Positions 28,690 to 42,420 of a stretch of DNA of 64,000 nucleotides are shown here, piece after piece. The stretch is from Lama guanicoe (lineage: Eukaryota). Positions within the stretch are counted from its first letter, which is position 1, and each line of letters opens with the position of its first letter. A program made the translations under genes and the position numbers. Below the pieces are notes generated by a model, which searched no databases, was not told the DNA's origin, and worked only from the letters and a program-made list of their open reading frames with translations. The DNA lies in NCBI GenBank assembly GCA_013239625.1, contig MU053652.1, positions 8,405,499 through 8,469,498 of the forward strand, in the 5' to 3' direction.

Positions 28690-29900
28690 CAAACAATATT
28701 TGACAAATATTTATTGAGTATCTACCATGAGTCAGGCACTGTTGTATTTAGATGCTGGGCACAACAATGAATATTTCACGGCCTCTGACTTCTATTTGTC
28801 GAGAGCCTTGTACAGGGAGAGCAATATGTTAAAAAAAAAAAAGCAGTGAAGTGTTACAGAAGTGTTAACAAGGATCAATGGGTATACAGAGAAAAAGATC
28901 AATTACATCGGAGAGAGAAGGAAAGACTTCGCAGGAGAGACAACGCTTGAATTGAGTTTGAAAAGACAAGTTGATATTCAACATGCGCACTGGAGATGCG
29001 GATGACATGAGGATGTAGGGGCCAGGAGGATGGAAATTACATATATTTCTTGAAGAAACTTCAGAATAGCCAGAGTGAAAGAGAGACACAGATAAAATGT
29101 AGATACAGATATAGATATAGAAACACACAAACACATATATTAGTATGTTTTACATATATGCACATATACAATACATCATATATCTATGATACTTATTGCC
29201 ATGGATTAGGGAGGGTCAGGGAAAGAGCAGAAACTGAAGGCAGCTCCTGATAAATTTGGAAGGGAAGGCATAGACTGGGAGAGCTTTGTGTGACATGTTA
29301 CAGTATTTTGACTTTGTATCCTCTAGGCCAAAGTTTCCCAGTGTGCCACATTCAAATTCTAGGTTGAATCTGTTATAGGCACACATTCCAGGAACAACTC
29401 AGCTCTCGAGAGTCTGAGGGTGCAGTAAAATCTCGCTGGCCAGTCACTCAGGACAAGTAATCTCACCCATTTACCCCAAGATACATGTCATTTTCTATGT
29501 GTGACATGATAAGGGAAAAGCAGAGACATACTCAACTAGATAGTAAGGAGCTATTTAAAACTTTTAAACTAATAAATTACATGCAATCTGAAAGGCTCAG
29601 TAGCAATTGCATAAAAGATATAGAAGGTTTAAAGGTCAAATATAGAGTTGAGAATTGCCAACAAGAAGGTACCATTAATAGCTCCAAGGAGGAAAAACGA
29701 TGAGCCCACATTTTGGTTCCACTGACTAAGGGAATCATGATACCTTTTACTAAGTTGAAGAATAAAAGATAAGAAAAGGGTTTTGTGAGAAGGAAGAGTG
29801 GAACATTGCATATCAAATGCCACTGGGACATATAAGATACATGTGCAATGTTAAGAGAAATATCAAATGTTACTACTGGATATATGTGTACTTAAAATCA
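28690..29900 (-). mobile_element. Fragmented LINE-2, antisense, with interruptions
   Basis: caaatatttattgagtatctaccatgagtcaggcactg start; L2-like segments resume at about 29260 and 29530-29900. Confidence 0.6.
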
Positions 29901-30549
29901 GGTAATAGAAACCATAGATACAATTATCCTGTTCCTGTTAGAAACTGCCCTGATTGTGAATCACAAATACGGGAAAAAGTGGATTGAACAAGATAGAGAT
30001 TCTTCCCCCCCGATAGCGTGGACCAGACTGGAGCTGGATACGCCAGGGCTTGATGCATCCGCTTCAGGTGTGACCAGTGACCCAGGCACCCCTAGGCTTT
30101 TCCACGGCACTTTGCTTTCTGGTGGTTTCCAGCCTTAAAATCACCGCAGGGTCATAAAATGACGGCTGTAGTTCTACCCCAAACATCCACAATCCACGAA
30201 GGAAGAGGAGCAGGAGGAGAGGATAAAGGGCGCTCGCCAGCTGAGTTTAGTCACTCTGGTCAGACTTCCCACAGATCCTAGACAATAACTTCTGTCCATA
30301 CCTGGGTGATCAAAACCATGACGCGTGGCTGCCTTTGTCAGCAAGGAAGCCTGGGAACGTGATTTTTCAGCTGTGCGCTCTGCCATCCCAGTTGGGAAGG
30401 AAAAGGGGAGATTAAACACTGACTGTATTACTAATAGTCCCTGGCACTCAACCTACATTGATTAAAAAGAGGGAAAAAATCAAATGAGCACTTATTTTTA
30501 AAACATGCCACTCCACAATTACAAAAGGGTTTTTTGTTGGTTTGTTTTT

Positions 30550-30720
30550 GCACTTTTCAAAGCACTTTCTTGTACATTATCTCATGTGATCCTCAAAACC
30601 ACCCAGCGAAATAGGTAAGAAGTAAATGTTTTCTCGGTGATTTTAAAGAAGTAACAGAAAAACCAGAGCTAGTAAGCAGTGAAAATAAAATCAAAAGCCA
30701 AATTTTATAAGATTAGGATT
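30550..30720 (-). mobile_element. MIR SINE fragment
   Basis: tacattatctcatgtgatcctcaaaaccacccagcgaaataggta. Confidence 0.65.
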
Positions 30721-33700
30721 TCTGCCATGGTAGCAGGGAACAAGACTGACTGTTTTTTAACTGAATTGACAGGACATTTTTAATATTATGTTGGCTCAGT
30801 TTCTCCATCCTTCAGAAGGTGCAGGAAATTACAGTGGTTTATTTTCTGGTTAATATCAACTCGGAAAAAGAAAGAGTCTACAATTTGCCTAAACAATTCA
30901 AAGGCCATTATTAGGATGGCATCACAAAGTCCCTTCAAATGGACGCAATCAAGTGTGTGTGAGGGTAAGGAGACATCAGGAGAATGAATGATCAGACAGC
31001 TTGCTCTCACCCCTTTACTCTTGTGTGCATCTTACTCTCGTGGGGTGGGGCTTTGGTAATGCAGAGACTTCGTTTAATCAAATGTTACCATGAGACACAA
31101 TTGAATATGTATATTGTAGATGGCCCATTCTCAAGAGACTGGAAAAAAAGAAGCCTCTTGCTTTGAGGGGTGGTGAGAATCCATCACTGTCTGGCCATGG
31201 GAACTGTCCTTATCCACAGAGATGGTGAAACTTGCCTTCAGAAAAACTGGACCTTGTATGAGTGACAAAAGTCTAGAGAAGTCAGAGAGACTCAGGTGGA
31301 AGAGAAGGCAAGAGACTGGAGAAACAAAGTGGGTTCTTTCTGGATTGCCATGTGTCAGGAGAATTAGTCTCTGTGTCTATGGTTACAGCCAAATTATGGT
31401 GCTGCCTCTGAGATTAGAGGTCCTCTCCAGCTGACACTTAATTTAAACATCTTTGTATACCAGGGAGAGGATCTTCAAACAAATTAAGACTTGAACACAT
31501 GACAACGTAAGGAGGTCACAACATGAGAAACAAAACTATGGACAACCTCCACTCTCTTAGTCAGATTGGAGCTCAGGTATCTCTCTGGAGTTTTTCAGAA
31601 GCTTGCCAGCATTTATAGAAGAAGGTCAGAGCAAGTTTAGAGAAATAGAATAAAGAAGTGTTGCTTAGGGGTCTTTTAATTCCAGAAAGGGGGGAGGGGA
31701 GGTAACTCAATTTAGTTTCTATCTTTTTCCCAGTGATATTTTTTTTGCTTTTGCCTACTTGTGATATTTGCTTGCTGGTAAACGCGCCTTGTAAGTCTAA
31801 TTTCTAGGTTTGTACTCTGGCGTTCCCACTGCCAAGTGTTAGTACAATGACAACGTTCTCTGAATATTGCATTTCCTTCCAAAAAAAACATTTTGATATT
31901 CTTTGTCTAAGCAATTACTCATTAAATAAAAATCACTTATTATGGTCATGATTTTTATATAAACAATCCAATTTTTGACATTTCTGCTTCAAAAACATCA
32001 TATCCACCAATCACCCTACTCTTTTCAACACTACTCCTTTGATGACTCATACGTTTCCTTTCCAATTATCGTCCTATTTACCTTTTAAATTAATACTTAG
32101 TGAAAAAAATGAACATAATCCCACACTAAACCTTTAAGACTTTTATTTCCCATGAATCTCCATTGTGAAAGTTTTCTTCACTTCTTGTGAAAGATCAATC
32201 TATCAACCAAGAATTACAGATTTTTTTTTAGGAATTGGAGCCATTCCTTATACTTATGTGTCCTGCACCAGCTCAGTGACAACACGTCCAGGCTCCTCTG
32301 AGCTGGCCACATCTCAGTGGTCAGTTGGGTGCATCACAACCTACGGCTTTCTGTAGTTCATTAATAATGATGATTGAATTTTTTAAGTTGTAAATATTCT
32401 TGGCAGCTCAGGTAACCTTTCTGGGTTTTTTTTTCCTTCTTATTGTATGTGCTTTTGGCAGGATTTGTATCATCTTTTTTGGGGTTTATTTGTTCCTTCT
32501 GCCTTCTATTTTCTTCTCCTACTTCCGTCAGCCAGGAAATATAGAATGTATCTTTTACTTTCATTCTCGAAATTTCAGTCCTTCACAAAAAAGTGAAGAG
32601 AAAATGTCTGAAGGTAATGAAAGGCAATTTTTCCTTCACCCACTGGGGAAATTGAAAATGTGACCTTTCTGAGAGACAGTCTAAAGACTGATAAAATCTA
32701 TGTCAAATTAAGTGATCCCCCATCCCATAATTGCTCATCAAGCAGTTGAACTCAGTCCGGATTACTCCAGGGCTGGCTTGTCTTGGACAATTTACAAATA
32801 CTCTCTCCTTTTTTCCCTGTGAATTACCCCTTAGTTTCAGCCCCATTACTTCTCTATGTCATTTTTTCAGCTTTCACCCATTTGCAGATCAAATGACACA
32901 TCAGACACCAGGAATCTTGAACACCAATTTCAAGCGCAGTAGGTTGAAATGAAGAAGGTCATAGAAATGTCTCCTTCAGCTGAGAAAAGCATCTTCATTT
33001 TTATTCTGAGGAGAAAGTCCGTGTCCTATTCTGGGTTTAGATATAAGTAATAATTTAACCTGCATCCAACCTCATTTTGAAATAATAAAATAGGGATGAA
33101 TAATCCTTTTAGAGTGGTTGTGAGAGTAGACAAAGGTATTGTTCTGATTATTGAAAAATAGACTCTAAAAATGATAAAACTCCTACAGGCCAGTCTCTCA
33201 CTCTACCCATAAATCATTTCCACAATGTATCACATCCTCTGGATTCTTCTTCAGTACCAATGCCAGGGAGCTTTCCGTCTTGTGTATGCCAGCCTGTTCC
33301 ATGTTAGTTTGAGTTGTCCTGTTCTCCAGACCCTCTGACCCTAGCCCACTGGATAACAGCCTTATGATGGTTCTACATATATTTTTAAATAAGTTTCTTT
33401 TCTGTCATCACTTCTCTCTGACAAATTTCTCCAAATCCTCATATGAGACAGTAACCTGGTTTCTCTCTAGCCTTGGCATCTTTTTGGACATTTTTGAATT
33501 GTCAAAAGAGCATCTGGTTGACATCTCAGCTCTCTTCCCTCTAGGACATCAGAGGAGTCACTCAGATATTTGAAGCCTTCACCATTGTCTCCTGCCCTCC
33601 GTGGAGGGATGAGAAAACTGAAGCCCAGAGAACTAAGTCACTTGTCTGCAAACACAAAGTTCGTGGCTCAGGACTCCTGGACAGCCTCCAAGGAGTATTA

Positions 33701-35079
33701 TTCTATTGCTGTCATAAGATTAATGATTCTTCCTTCTTAGACATGCAAATATGAAATACTGATAACTCACTAGGATGCTAAAGCAATCACTGAAAGAATG
33801 CTTTCGAATTCCAGAGAAAATTATTTGCAAGACTATTGTTGAATCTCTGCTGTTGACCTGTGGTATGACTAAAGGAAATGTCTTCAGTGTCTCCCAGTTA
33901 CTAAAATTAGGCTACAAAGGGGACTGTAAAGAAGAGTATAATGTGTTTACAGTGTATCTCTAAGATCTTGGTACAAAGCAGTAGTAAACACACAGACATT
34001 TATTAACTGAGGTATAGGATGTTTTAATTACTCCTCAAGCTTTCTGGCTAATTGAGCTTTCATCTCCTTATATAATAACATTGCATAAGATTTCGCCACA
34101 GAAATTTTCTTTTATGTGTGTATAATTATGTGGTTTTCTATTTGAACAATGTGTTTTTAGAAATATGGTAATTCTATAAACTAAAACCTGACAGCAAGAT
34201 AACCAATAACAACATTAATACATTTTAAAGGGAGTTTAATTAAGTTGGCACACAGGAAAAATAAATCCTCTAAATTTTACATAAGTAGAAAGCTTAAGGA
34301 ATTAAGAATAGTATTAATAACACCAAAATAAAGCAATCACAAAAATAAGAAGTCTGAGGTGTTTCTGAGAAATAACAGAGGCTTGAGAAGTATTTCTGAT
34401 GGTCACAATTAAAATGCGATAGTTTGCCCATTCATTGCTGCTTTATCATCTTCTAAGATGGACCAAGATCACTGAAATATCTAAAAACATGTTGATTTTT
34501 CTTTTTTATCATAGCAATAATATCTATTTAACTTAGAAAACTGGGAAATATAGAGAAACATATCCACAAAAATTAAAATTACTCCAGCTCCATTACCCAA
34601 ATGTGAGTAGTATATCCATTCATATCCATTTAAATATGACTATAAGTATTATAACATGTAAATTTGAATTTTAGGGTCATATGGCATATAATAGAGTGTA
34701 AATTTTTTTTCACTTATGAAAATAACCTTAAATACTTCCATATTTTTAAATATCCTTTAAAAATGATTTTACTAAGATATTGTTGGTACATTATTATGGT
34801 TATATCAAAATGTGTTTAAGTAATTCTCCTATGATGCATTAAGTTGTTTCCATTTATTGTGATTAAATTCCTTTCTGATAAATAATATAATATGCATATT
34901 ATACATATATATATGCATACGTATTCTGGGGACCAAGAGGATATAGCTATTTTGAAGTTCTTTGGTACACATTACTAAAACATTTTACAGAATTTAAGGA
35001 TCTGTACTCCCAGACAAATATGGAATGCCTATATTTTCTTAACTTTTGTTGTTTTTAACTGCTATTACTTTTAAGCTAC

Positions 35080-35583
35080 GGTGGTAGACCAGGATAATGG
35101 TTCCCAAAAAATGCCTTGGTGCATCTCCAATCCTGTAAATGTGTTACCTTACAGAGCAAAAGGAATTTTGCAGGTATGATTAAGTTAGGCTTCTCGAGGT
35201 GGAGAGATTATCCCAGATTATCCTGGTTGACCCAATGTAAATCACCAGGATCTTAAGTGGGAGACAAGAGGAGGCAGAGAAGGCAGTGTGGTGACAGAGA
35301 CAGAAGAAGATGTAGTGATCGAGGTAGAGGGGGAAGAGAGAGGGATCTGAGGATGCCACACTGTTAGCCTTGAAGATGAAGGGTCCATGAGCCAAAAAAT
35401 GCAGGCAGCCTTCAAAAAGCTCAAAAGGCAAGGAAATAGATTCTCCCTGGGAACCGTCAGAAGGAAGGCCACCTTGCAGACCCATTTTAGCCTTCTGACC
35501 TCAAGAACTGGAAGAAAATGAATGTGTGTTGTTTTAAACCACTAGATAAGTGGTTTGTTAAAACAGCGCTAGGAACTAATAGA
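35080..35583 (+). mobile_element. Full-length MLT1 (MaLR, MLT1C/D-like) solo LTR
   Basis: gtggtagaccaggataatgg...tgttacctta...gagattatcccagattatcc...gtgttgttttaaaccacta...aggaactaataga; 5-bp TSD GCTAC at 35075-35079 and 35584-35588. Confidence 0.92.
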
Positions 35584-36545
35584 GCTACTTTCATTCATTG
35601 TAGTTACTATTAAATTATCACACTTTATATTTTCTGATTTATGAATTGCCCAAACCAAGAAATACAGCCTAAACTTTAAGACTATAAATACATTTGTTTT
35701 TTCACTTCTACATTCATGAATGCATAAAATGCTTAACGGCAGTCAGAGCCCAACTGTGGTTACCACCCAAGTTAATAGAATCATAGGCCTTACATCAACA
35801 GAAGAAACAATTTTCATTTACTTACTAGAAGACACAGAGACTCAACGACCATTAGCTCTCCAACAGAATTTAAAACCTATATAGTCCCACAAGAGCTGAA
35901 CATTTTTTTTTTCATAAAGACTCCTTCAAAGTTTTGAAGAAGTGATGTGCATTGAGGTGAAAGTTTCATTTCACTTAACTTGAATTCAAATCATAGTGAT
36001 ATTAAAACAGGGCTTAGCCAGCAGAATCATAATTGCCTGCTGTAATAGACATGTAAAAAGAAAAATATCATCAAAGCATCTCCCAATACTAGGACAGGTA
36101 GGGAGACTGGTGAGAACCTAGGACAGAGTCACGCTAGATAAGAGGAGAGGCAACAAGCAGTACTTTTCAGGCTTTCCTCGTGAAACATAAATGACATAGG
36201 ATGGTACCTCCTACAGCGTCCGGCCCCTATTTCACAAGCACTGAGTGTAGCTCCCAGGCAGGTGCACCTGGAACAACCCCTCTGCAGAGCATCAATCAGC
36301 ACCTTGCAATGCCCTGCGCCAACTTCTTTTAGGACTTTGTCAAAATAGGAGTGACACCCTACTTGAGCTAGGTCCAATTTAATTGATTTTTTAAAAAATA
36401 AACAATGAAATGGAAACTTCTGGATACCGAGGAATGGAATTCCATTAAAGGGATTTCTCAACTTACACTTTTCAATACCTACTAAGGCAATTCAAAATAA
36501 CATCTCACCATCTATCTGTCTCAGATTTTTGAGCAAATGTTATGT

Positions 36546-37083
36546 TAGTCTAAGTTCTCCAAGAAGTAGACATCAGGATGGGATTAAATGAATGTAATAT
36601 GGGAAATGCCTATGTGGACTAAATAAAGAGGGAGTTGGAGAAGTCTGGGAGAGACTAGGATGGAAGTCTGACTTCAGGTGGAGAGAGCTCGTGTTTCTCC
36701 ATCCAGCCATGACCCCATGCTCTGGAAATAAGAATATCTGGTTCTAGATCCCAACTCTGCTCCGCTAATTAAAAATTATATGACTGTGGACGAGAGAAAT
36801 GTCTCTAAACCTTAATAGTCTAAGTCTCCAAGAAGTAGACATCAGGATGGGATTAAATGAATGTAATATGGGAAATGCCTATGTGGACTAAATAAAGAGG
36901 GAGTTGGAGAAGTCTGGGAGAGACTAGGATGGAAGTCTGACTTCAGGTGGAGAGAGCTCGTGTTTCTCCATCCAGCCATGACCCCATGCTCTGGAAATAA
37001 GAATATCTGGTTCTAGATCCCAACTCTGCTCCGCTAATTAAAAATTATATGACTGTGGACGAGAGAAATGTCTCTAAACCTTA
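36546..37083. repeat. Direct tandem duplication of a ~270-bp unit (2 copies)
   Basis: 36546-36814 and 36816-37083 read as identical except a 1-nt indel near the start (taagttctcc vs taagtctcc). Confidence 0.97.
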
Positions 37084-37314
37084 GTTTCTTCAGCCCTTGA
37101 ACAGGATGCTAATAGTGTTCCCCTGCTAGAGCTGTGCTAGCAAATGAAACAACGAATATAATTCAGTACTTGGCATAAGCCAAACTTTCAATAAACATAG
37201 CTATTGCAAATATAACTTGATTAGTGCACCTTTTTTCTAGGTAAAAAGAAAATGGGTTAAAAACAATATTTCTCTTTTGAGATGCAGCATAAGCTAGTAA
37301 AGGGTGACATACAG

Positions 37315-37565
37315 ATATATAAAAAGCATGAGCTTCGGGATCCTAGAGGTTGGAATTTGAAGTCGCATTTCAGCCCCCTGAAGCTTAGCAACACATTGCA
37401 AATTAATTAAAATGTCTGAGGCCCTCCTCATCTGTAAAATAAGGGCAATGATAATATTTATAGCACACTGTTGTTTCAAGGATTAAATGAGGTAATAACT
37501 GTGTTCGAAATGCCTATCCAGTGCCTAGCACATAGTAAGAACACAATAATGTTAGTTATCAACAA
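37315..37565 (+). mobile_element. MIR SINE
   Basis: ctcatctgtaaaataagggcaatgataat...aggattaaatgaggtaat...cagtgcctagcacatagtaag. Confidence 0.85.
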
Positions 37566-39139
37566 TTGTTCTCTATTATATAATATTAGGTATGATATAA
37601 TATACTTTGAAGGCTGGTGAGTTAAATAGGGTCATCAAATCCTAACGCCAGGCACTGCGAATTACTACCCTTAAGGTTTTCATTACTTTTTAAAAAGTGT
37701 TTTCCAATCTCTTTTCTTGTGTTTATTCATTTCTCAGGGACTCGGGAATCATGCTCGTCATCCTCACCAGCAACAATGTGCCCATCATAGTGGTTTGTTC
37801 CTTCTACTTAGATTCTGCTTCTAATCTGCTAGGTTCTTGGTAACCAGAGATTCAAATTTAACCCAACTGTGTATAAAACAGTAATAAATATATCATGAAT
37901 GAAGGTCTGGGAGATTTTTCCTTATGCAGCATTGAGCTTGAGTACCAAAAAGTCGATGAGAAGCATTTTACTTTCCAAAGGCTATCTTCACATGCCTCCA
38001 GATTCTGTATTATTCGTCCATCAGAACTGAGTCTCGGGCAGGTTGCCGTTGCTAACTGCAGTCCTGTGTACATAAAAGATGCCAGTAAATGGTCATTAAT
38101 GGAAAGAAATGGATTAAGTTGAAATTTAATAACATGATGCCCCTTCTTTCAGTGCAATAGTGTTACAGACTCAGTGGTCTATAAATGTTCACATTCTTTT
38201 ATTTCTATCAGTCACTCCACATATCTGGTCATGTCTTTAGTGACTGACTTTTCACCTTTTATACCAACAGAAGAATGAAGACGGTCCTGGCACATCCTTT
38301 GTGAGGACCCCTTCCTGTGTCTGATTAGACAAATGTTGGAATGTGAACCCCCTTTAGTCGCGGCAAACATTTCCTCTCTCTCTGCTTATTTGGCTTTAGA
38401 AATGTTTGTGAAGTGTAGGTCTGGGTGTCCTCAGCAATTCATTTCAGTTCTTTTCCAAGTGGCATTTAATACTGATCAGAGGTTTAAGAATTATCCTTGG
38501 CCCATTGTGTTTCCATGGTTACAGGTCTGTGTTGTTCATCTTCCGAATTCAGCCTCGATGACTTACGCTGTCTTTGTGACCCCCGCTTATTAAATCTTGA
38601 TTACTATGTTCTCTCCGTGTCGGCCTCTTATTTATACACTAACAATCGCTTCTGAAGGAGGCAGTCTTCTGGCATTGTGATTGAAGCGCCCGAACACAAA
38701 CACCCCTTGTTCGATATTTCTCACCTCTCATGACAAAGTCCACGCTAAAATAACTGGCCCCTTTTCAAGTTACTCTGAGGGAAGCAAAATTTTTTAAACC
38801 TCTTTTAACAATGTTATTCTTTCACAATTCTCTGCAATGTATGATTAATCATCCACTGTTCTAACTTCTCATTTGACAAAACTATTGTCGGTTTGTTTGC
38901 TTATTACCAGGGTAATGGACAGATTAATGTGACATAAAAAAATCAATGAGATTGTGCTACCAGCTTAATAGAATATTACACCACTAATTAATAGAAAATA
39001 TTAGAAAATTTTGAAAATAAAAATGTAATTCATTTGGAGTGCCTGCCATCCTTTGAGAGAATATTTGGGAAAATCTTAGATAGGAATATAAGTAAAATAG
39101 AGAAAATTAAGTCAATTATCCAAGGAAGGTAATTGAAAA

Positions 39140-39615
39140 GCAGTCTGTGTCAGAATTAGACATGGTTGCATGTAACAACAGTCACAAAAATAACAAGAAA
39201 AATAATAACGTCTTAAGGAAAATATTTCTCTCACAAAGAGATTCTAAAAGCAGGCAGTCCCTGGAAGGGACGGCAGCTCCAAGGCCATCAGCGACCCAGA
39301 CTTCCTGTATTTTGCTGCCTCAGAATTCTTAGTGGGCTGATTTATGAACCAGTATGGTTACTAGAGCTCCAATTTTCCTATTCACGTTCCAAGCAACAAG
39401 GTGGAGAAAGAAGAGGATTCCTGGATATTCCACTTATGGTGTGTTGCTTACATCTCTTTGGCCAAAACTTAGTTACATAGTTACAAGTAGTTGCAAGGAG
39501 TCTGGGAAATGTAGTCTTTTAAATAGGCTACAAGGTGGCCAGTTAAAAATCAAGATTCTGTTACTTCAGAAGAAGCGGGGAATGGCTGCTGAATCCAAGT
39601 AGCAGTCCTCACCAT
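39140..39615 (-). mobile_element. Old MLT1 (MaLR) LTR
   Basis: catctctttggccaaaacttagttacatagttacaagtagttgcaaggagtctgggaaatgtagtcttt. Confidence 0.75.
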
Positions 39616-39859
39616 AAATTCAAAAAGTACCTGACATAAAAATATAAAGAATGCAGTGGACAATAGGCAGAACAGATAAAATCATATTAAAATAAGCACT
39701 GTAGCACCAATCACACACATGCACACACACAAAAGAAACAATTTCAAATTCCTTAAAACAAAGGAATAATTGAAAAATTAAATTTTAATCTTATCCCCCT
39801 TCTCATCTCTCACAGTGTCACCTGTGTCTTCGGTAGGCCATTTGAAAGCAAAGAAAATT

Positions 39860-40090
39860 AACATTTATTGAGCATTTACTAAGTGCTAAACATGAACTAA
39901 ATTCTTTATGTGAATTTCTTTTAAACCTTCAAGTCAACCTTTCAATGTGGCTATAATTGTGTTCCCATTTCATAGACAACAAATTGAAGGAGATAAGTAA
40001 TTTGACCAAAGTCACAGATCTACTAGGTGGTGAAGCCAAGACTTTAACCCAGTTAATCTGACCAGGGAATGCTGTTCTCATTACACTGCA
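39860..40090 (-). mobile_element. MIR SINE
   Basis: aacatttattgagcatttactaagtgc...cccatttcatagac...taagtaatttgaccaaagtcacag. Confidence 0.85.
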
Positions 40091-40989
40091 GCATTCTTCA
40101 CTCACTGTAATTATCACTTGTCTCTTGCGCTACTTCTAGATACAAATCTTGTTTCCCTCCCCTTCTGCTTTTTACATCCAATTACTCGTTTCTTACCAAC
40201 ACTCAGTAAATGATCTAAACTTTCTACTTAGAAGCAATCTGGGGTTAGTGTGCTCATTGTCTTACTCTGCCTCCACATGGTTCCTTGCAGAAAGAAAATG
40301 TTCACTAAATAGTTAGGGCAGAATAACAGAAAGTAATGGGTGATATACTGGTGAGTGGCTTCAGGAAAATGGTGGAGGAAGAAACAGATCGTAAAGTGTG
40401 AGCAGAAATGGAAAACAGAAATGTTGAGCAAGTCTACACCCTGGAGTTTTGCATTAAAACATTGATTGAAAAAAGGCTACCAGGATTTGCAGGATTTTGT
40501 GCAATTTTGATTTCGATGGTTTAGTTTTTGTTTGTTTCGATTTTTGTCATTGTGAATGTTTGAGGGTACAGAATGCCTCTGAGGAGACAGAAAAATAATA
40601 TTGATTAAGGGAGAGGACAAAATATGAAAATAACTCCAGAGGGAAATATGAAAGGGTGGGATGAGGGGGCAACATGAAGAGCAGATTCTCAGCAAGGAGA
40701 GAGAAATCCATTTTCCTGAGCTGGATGGAGGGATAGAAGCATAGGCTCCATAAATAATCTCCTGTCCAAAGTTGGGCAGGCACTCTTGTTAGTTGAAACA
40801 TTGAAAGTAGGAGACGAAATTGAATAAGAAGGAGTAAAAGAGGAAAATGTTGCCGTTGAGCTATGAAATGACCCACGACCTAGACATGGGATGGTAGGCA
40901 CACAAAAATTCTCAAAGAGCATCACTACAGATGGGCAAGTCAGGATGAGAGCAAGAGCAAACCCGAAGGGCTAGTGAAGAAGTCATCGG

Positions 40990-41102
40990 CATGTGTGTGT
41001 ACATGTGTGAATGAAGCACTACGCTGTGCACCAGAAATTGACACAACATTGTCAACTTCAATAGAAGAAGAAGGAGGAGGAGAAGGAGGAGGGGGAAAGG
41101 GA
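40990..41102 (+). mobile_element. Very short L1 3' tail followed by (GAA)/(GGA)n repeat
   Basis: gctgtgcaccagaaattgacacaacattgt...cttcaata, then gaagaagaaggaggagg. Confidence 0.7.
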
Positions 41103-41689
41103 GCAGCTGAAATAGATGACGATACAGGGTGCTGAAAACCAAGTGGGTCAGGGGATCTGCAGGAAAGGATTGAGGGGAGTGGGGGAGGTGAGAGACAAGT
41201 ACCCTGTGGTTAACATTCCCTAGTCAGGTCACTTCATTCCGAGGTAATTTGAAAAAACGTGCTATTTTAGCAGATGACAACAGAAGAGGAACAGAACACT
41301 CTGCACAGATCTAATCTCTGAGGATATTCAAAGCAGCAGCATATTGTTTATTATCATATTTCATAATCACAGAGTCATTTTTCTCCAGTACTCCTTTCAC
41401 TTTCCTCACCACCACTCCATTGTACTTTCATGATCCTGTTTTCAGATTTATCTCTTTGGTTAAATGAAATCTTGAACTATTGCTCCATGAAATGACGAAT
41501 GATTCAGTATGTACTCTGGACACAAGGCCACACTGCCACCAGTGACAACCCTTAGCTGTATTTCCAAACCACAGTCCTCGATCTGGTCCCCTCTGTGATA
41601 ATGAGCGAATATTTATGAGAAGTTAGAAAAAGCCTTTGAAAAGTTTAAACTAGCATTAGCAAAATTTAATATAGCGTTCAAGAAAATAT

Positions 41690-42420
41690 TCACTGGGCTT
41701 ATTTTGATCCCAGTGCACAGAACAAAGTTTCTGCCATCATGACATTTACTTTCTGGTGCAGAGAGCAGAAACTAGACAGATAATTTAGTATATGGTATGC
41801 AAGTTGGGAATAAGTGCATGAGAAAAAAGGGAGGAGGAAAGGAGAGGACAGGTGAAGGACAGCTCAGGAAGGAGAAAATGCAACCTTATATAAGGGATAA
41901 TGGAAAGCCTCCTTGTGGGGGCGATATTTGAGCAAAGGCCAGAAAGACTTGAGACAATAAAGTAGACACGTGGGAGAAGATGTTAAATGGGACTGGGAAT
42001 AACAAATTAAAAGTCCCCAAGAGGCTCTGAAGTTGGAGCCTCCGTGGTCAGACAAATGATGGGGCTGGGAGCTTGTGGGGGCTTGCAGACCATTATGAAA
42101 AGCCACTGGGTGATTTTGTGTAAGAGGAATAACACGGTTGGGCTTACTTTTTTAAAAGATCGCTCTGGACGCTGTGTTGAGAACAAATAGTGGATGGCAA
42201 CAGTGGGGTCAGACAGATGACAGAAAGGCTCCTGTAATATTTTCCGGGTGAGAAGATGGGAGCTCGCTCCGAAATAGTAGTAAGTAGCAGAGGCAACAAG
42301 AAGTGATAGGTTTTGAAGATCTGTATTTGCTAATGCATGGGGTGTGGGATATGAAAGAAAGAAGGAGTTGACAATAACTTTAATATTTCACCAGATGCAC
42401 CTGGAAAGCTGGCGCTGGAG
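41690..42420 (-). mobile_element. LINE-2 fragment, antisense
   Basis: ttttaaaagatcgctctggacgctgtgttgagaac and other purine-rich L2 motifs. Confidence 0.75.

Noticed and set aside
36546..37083. Paired LTRs or a CRISPR-like array
   Set aside because: Only two directly abutting copies with no internal region or spacers, in a eukaryotic context.
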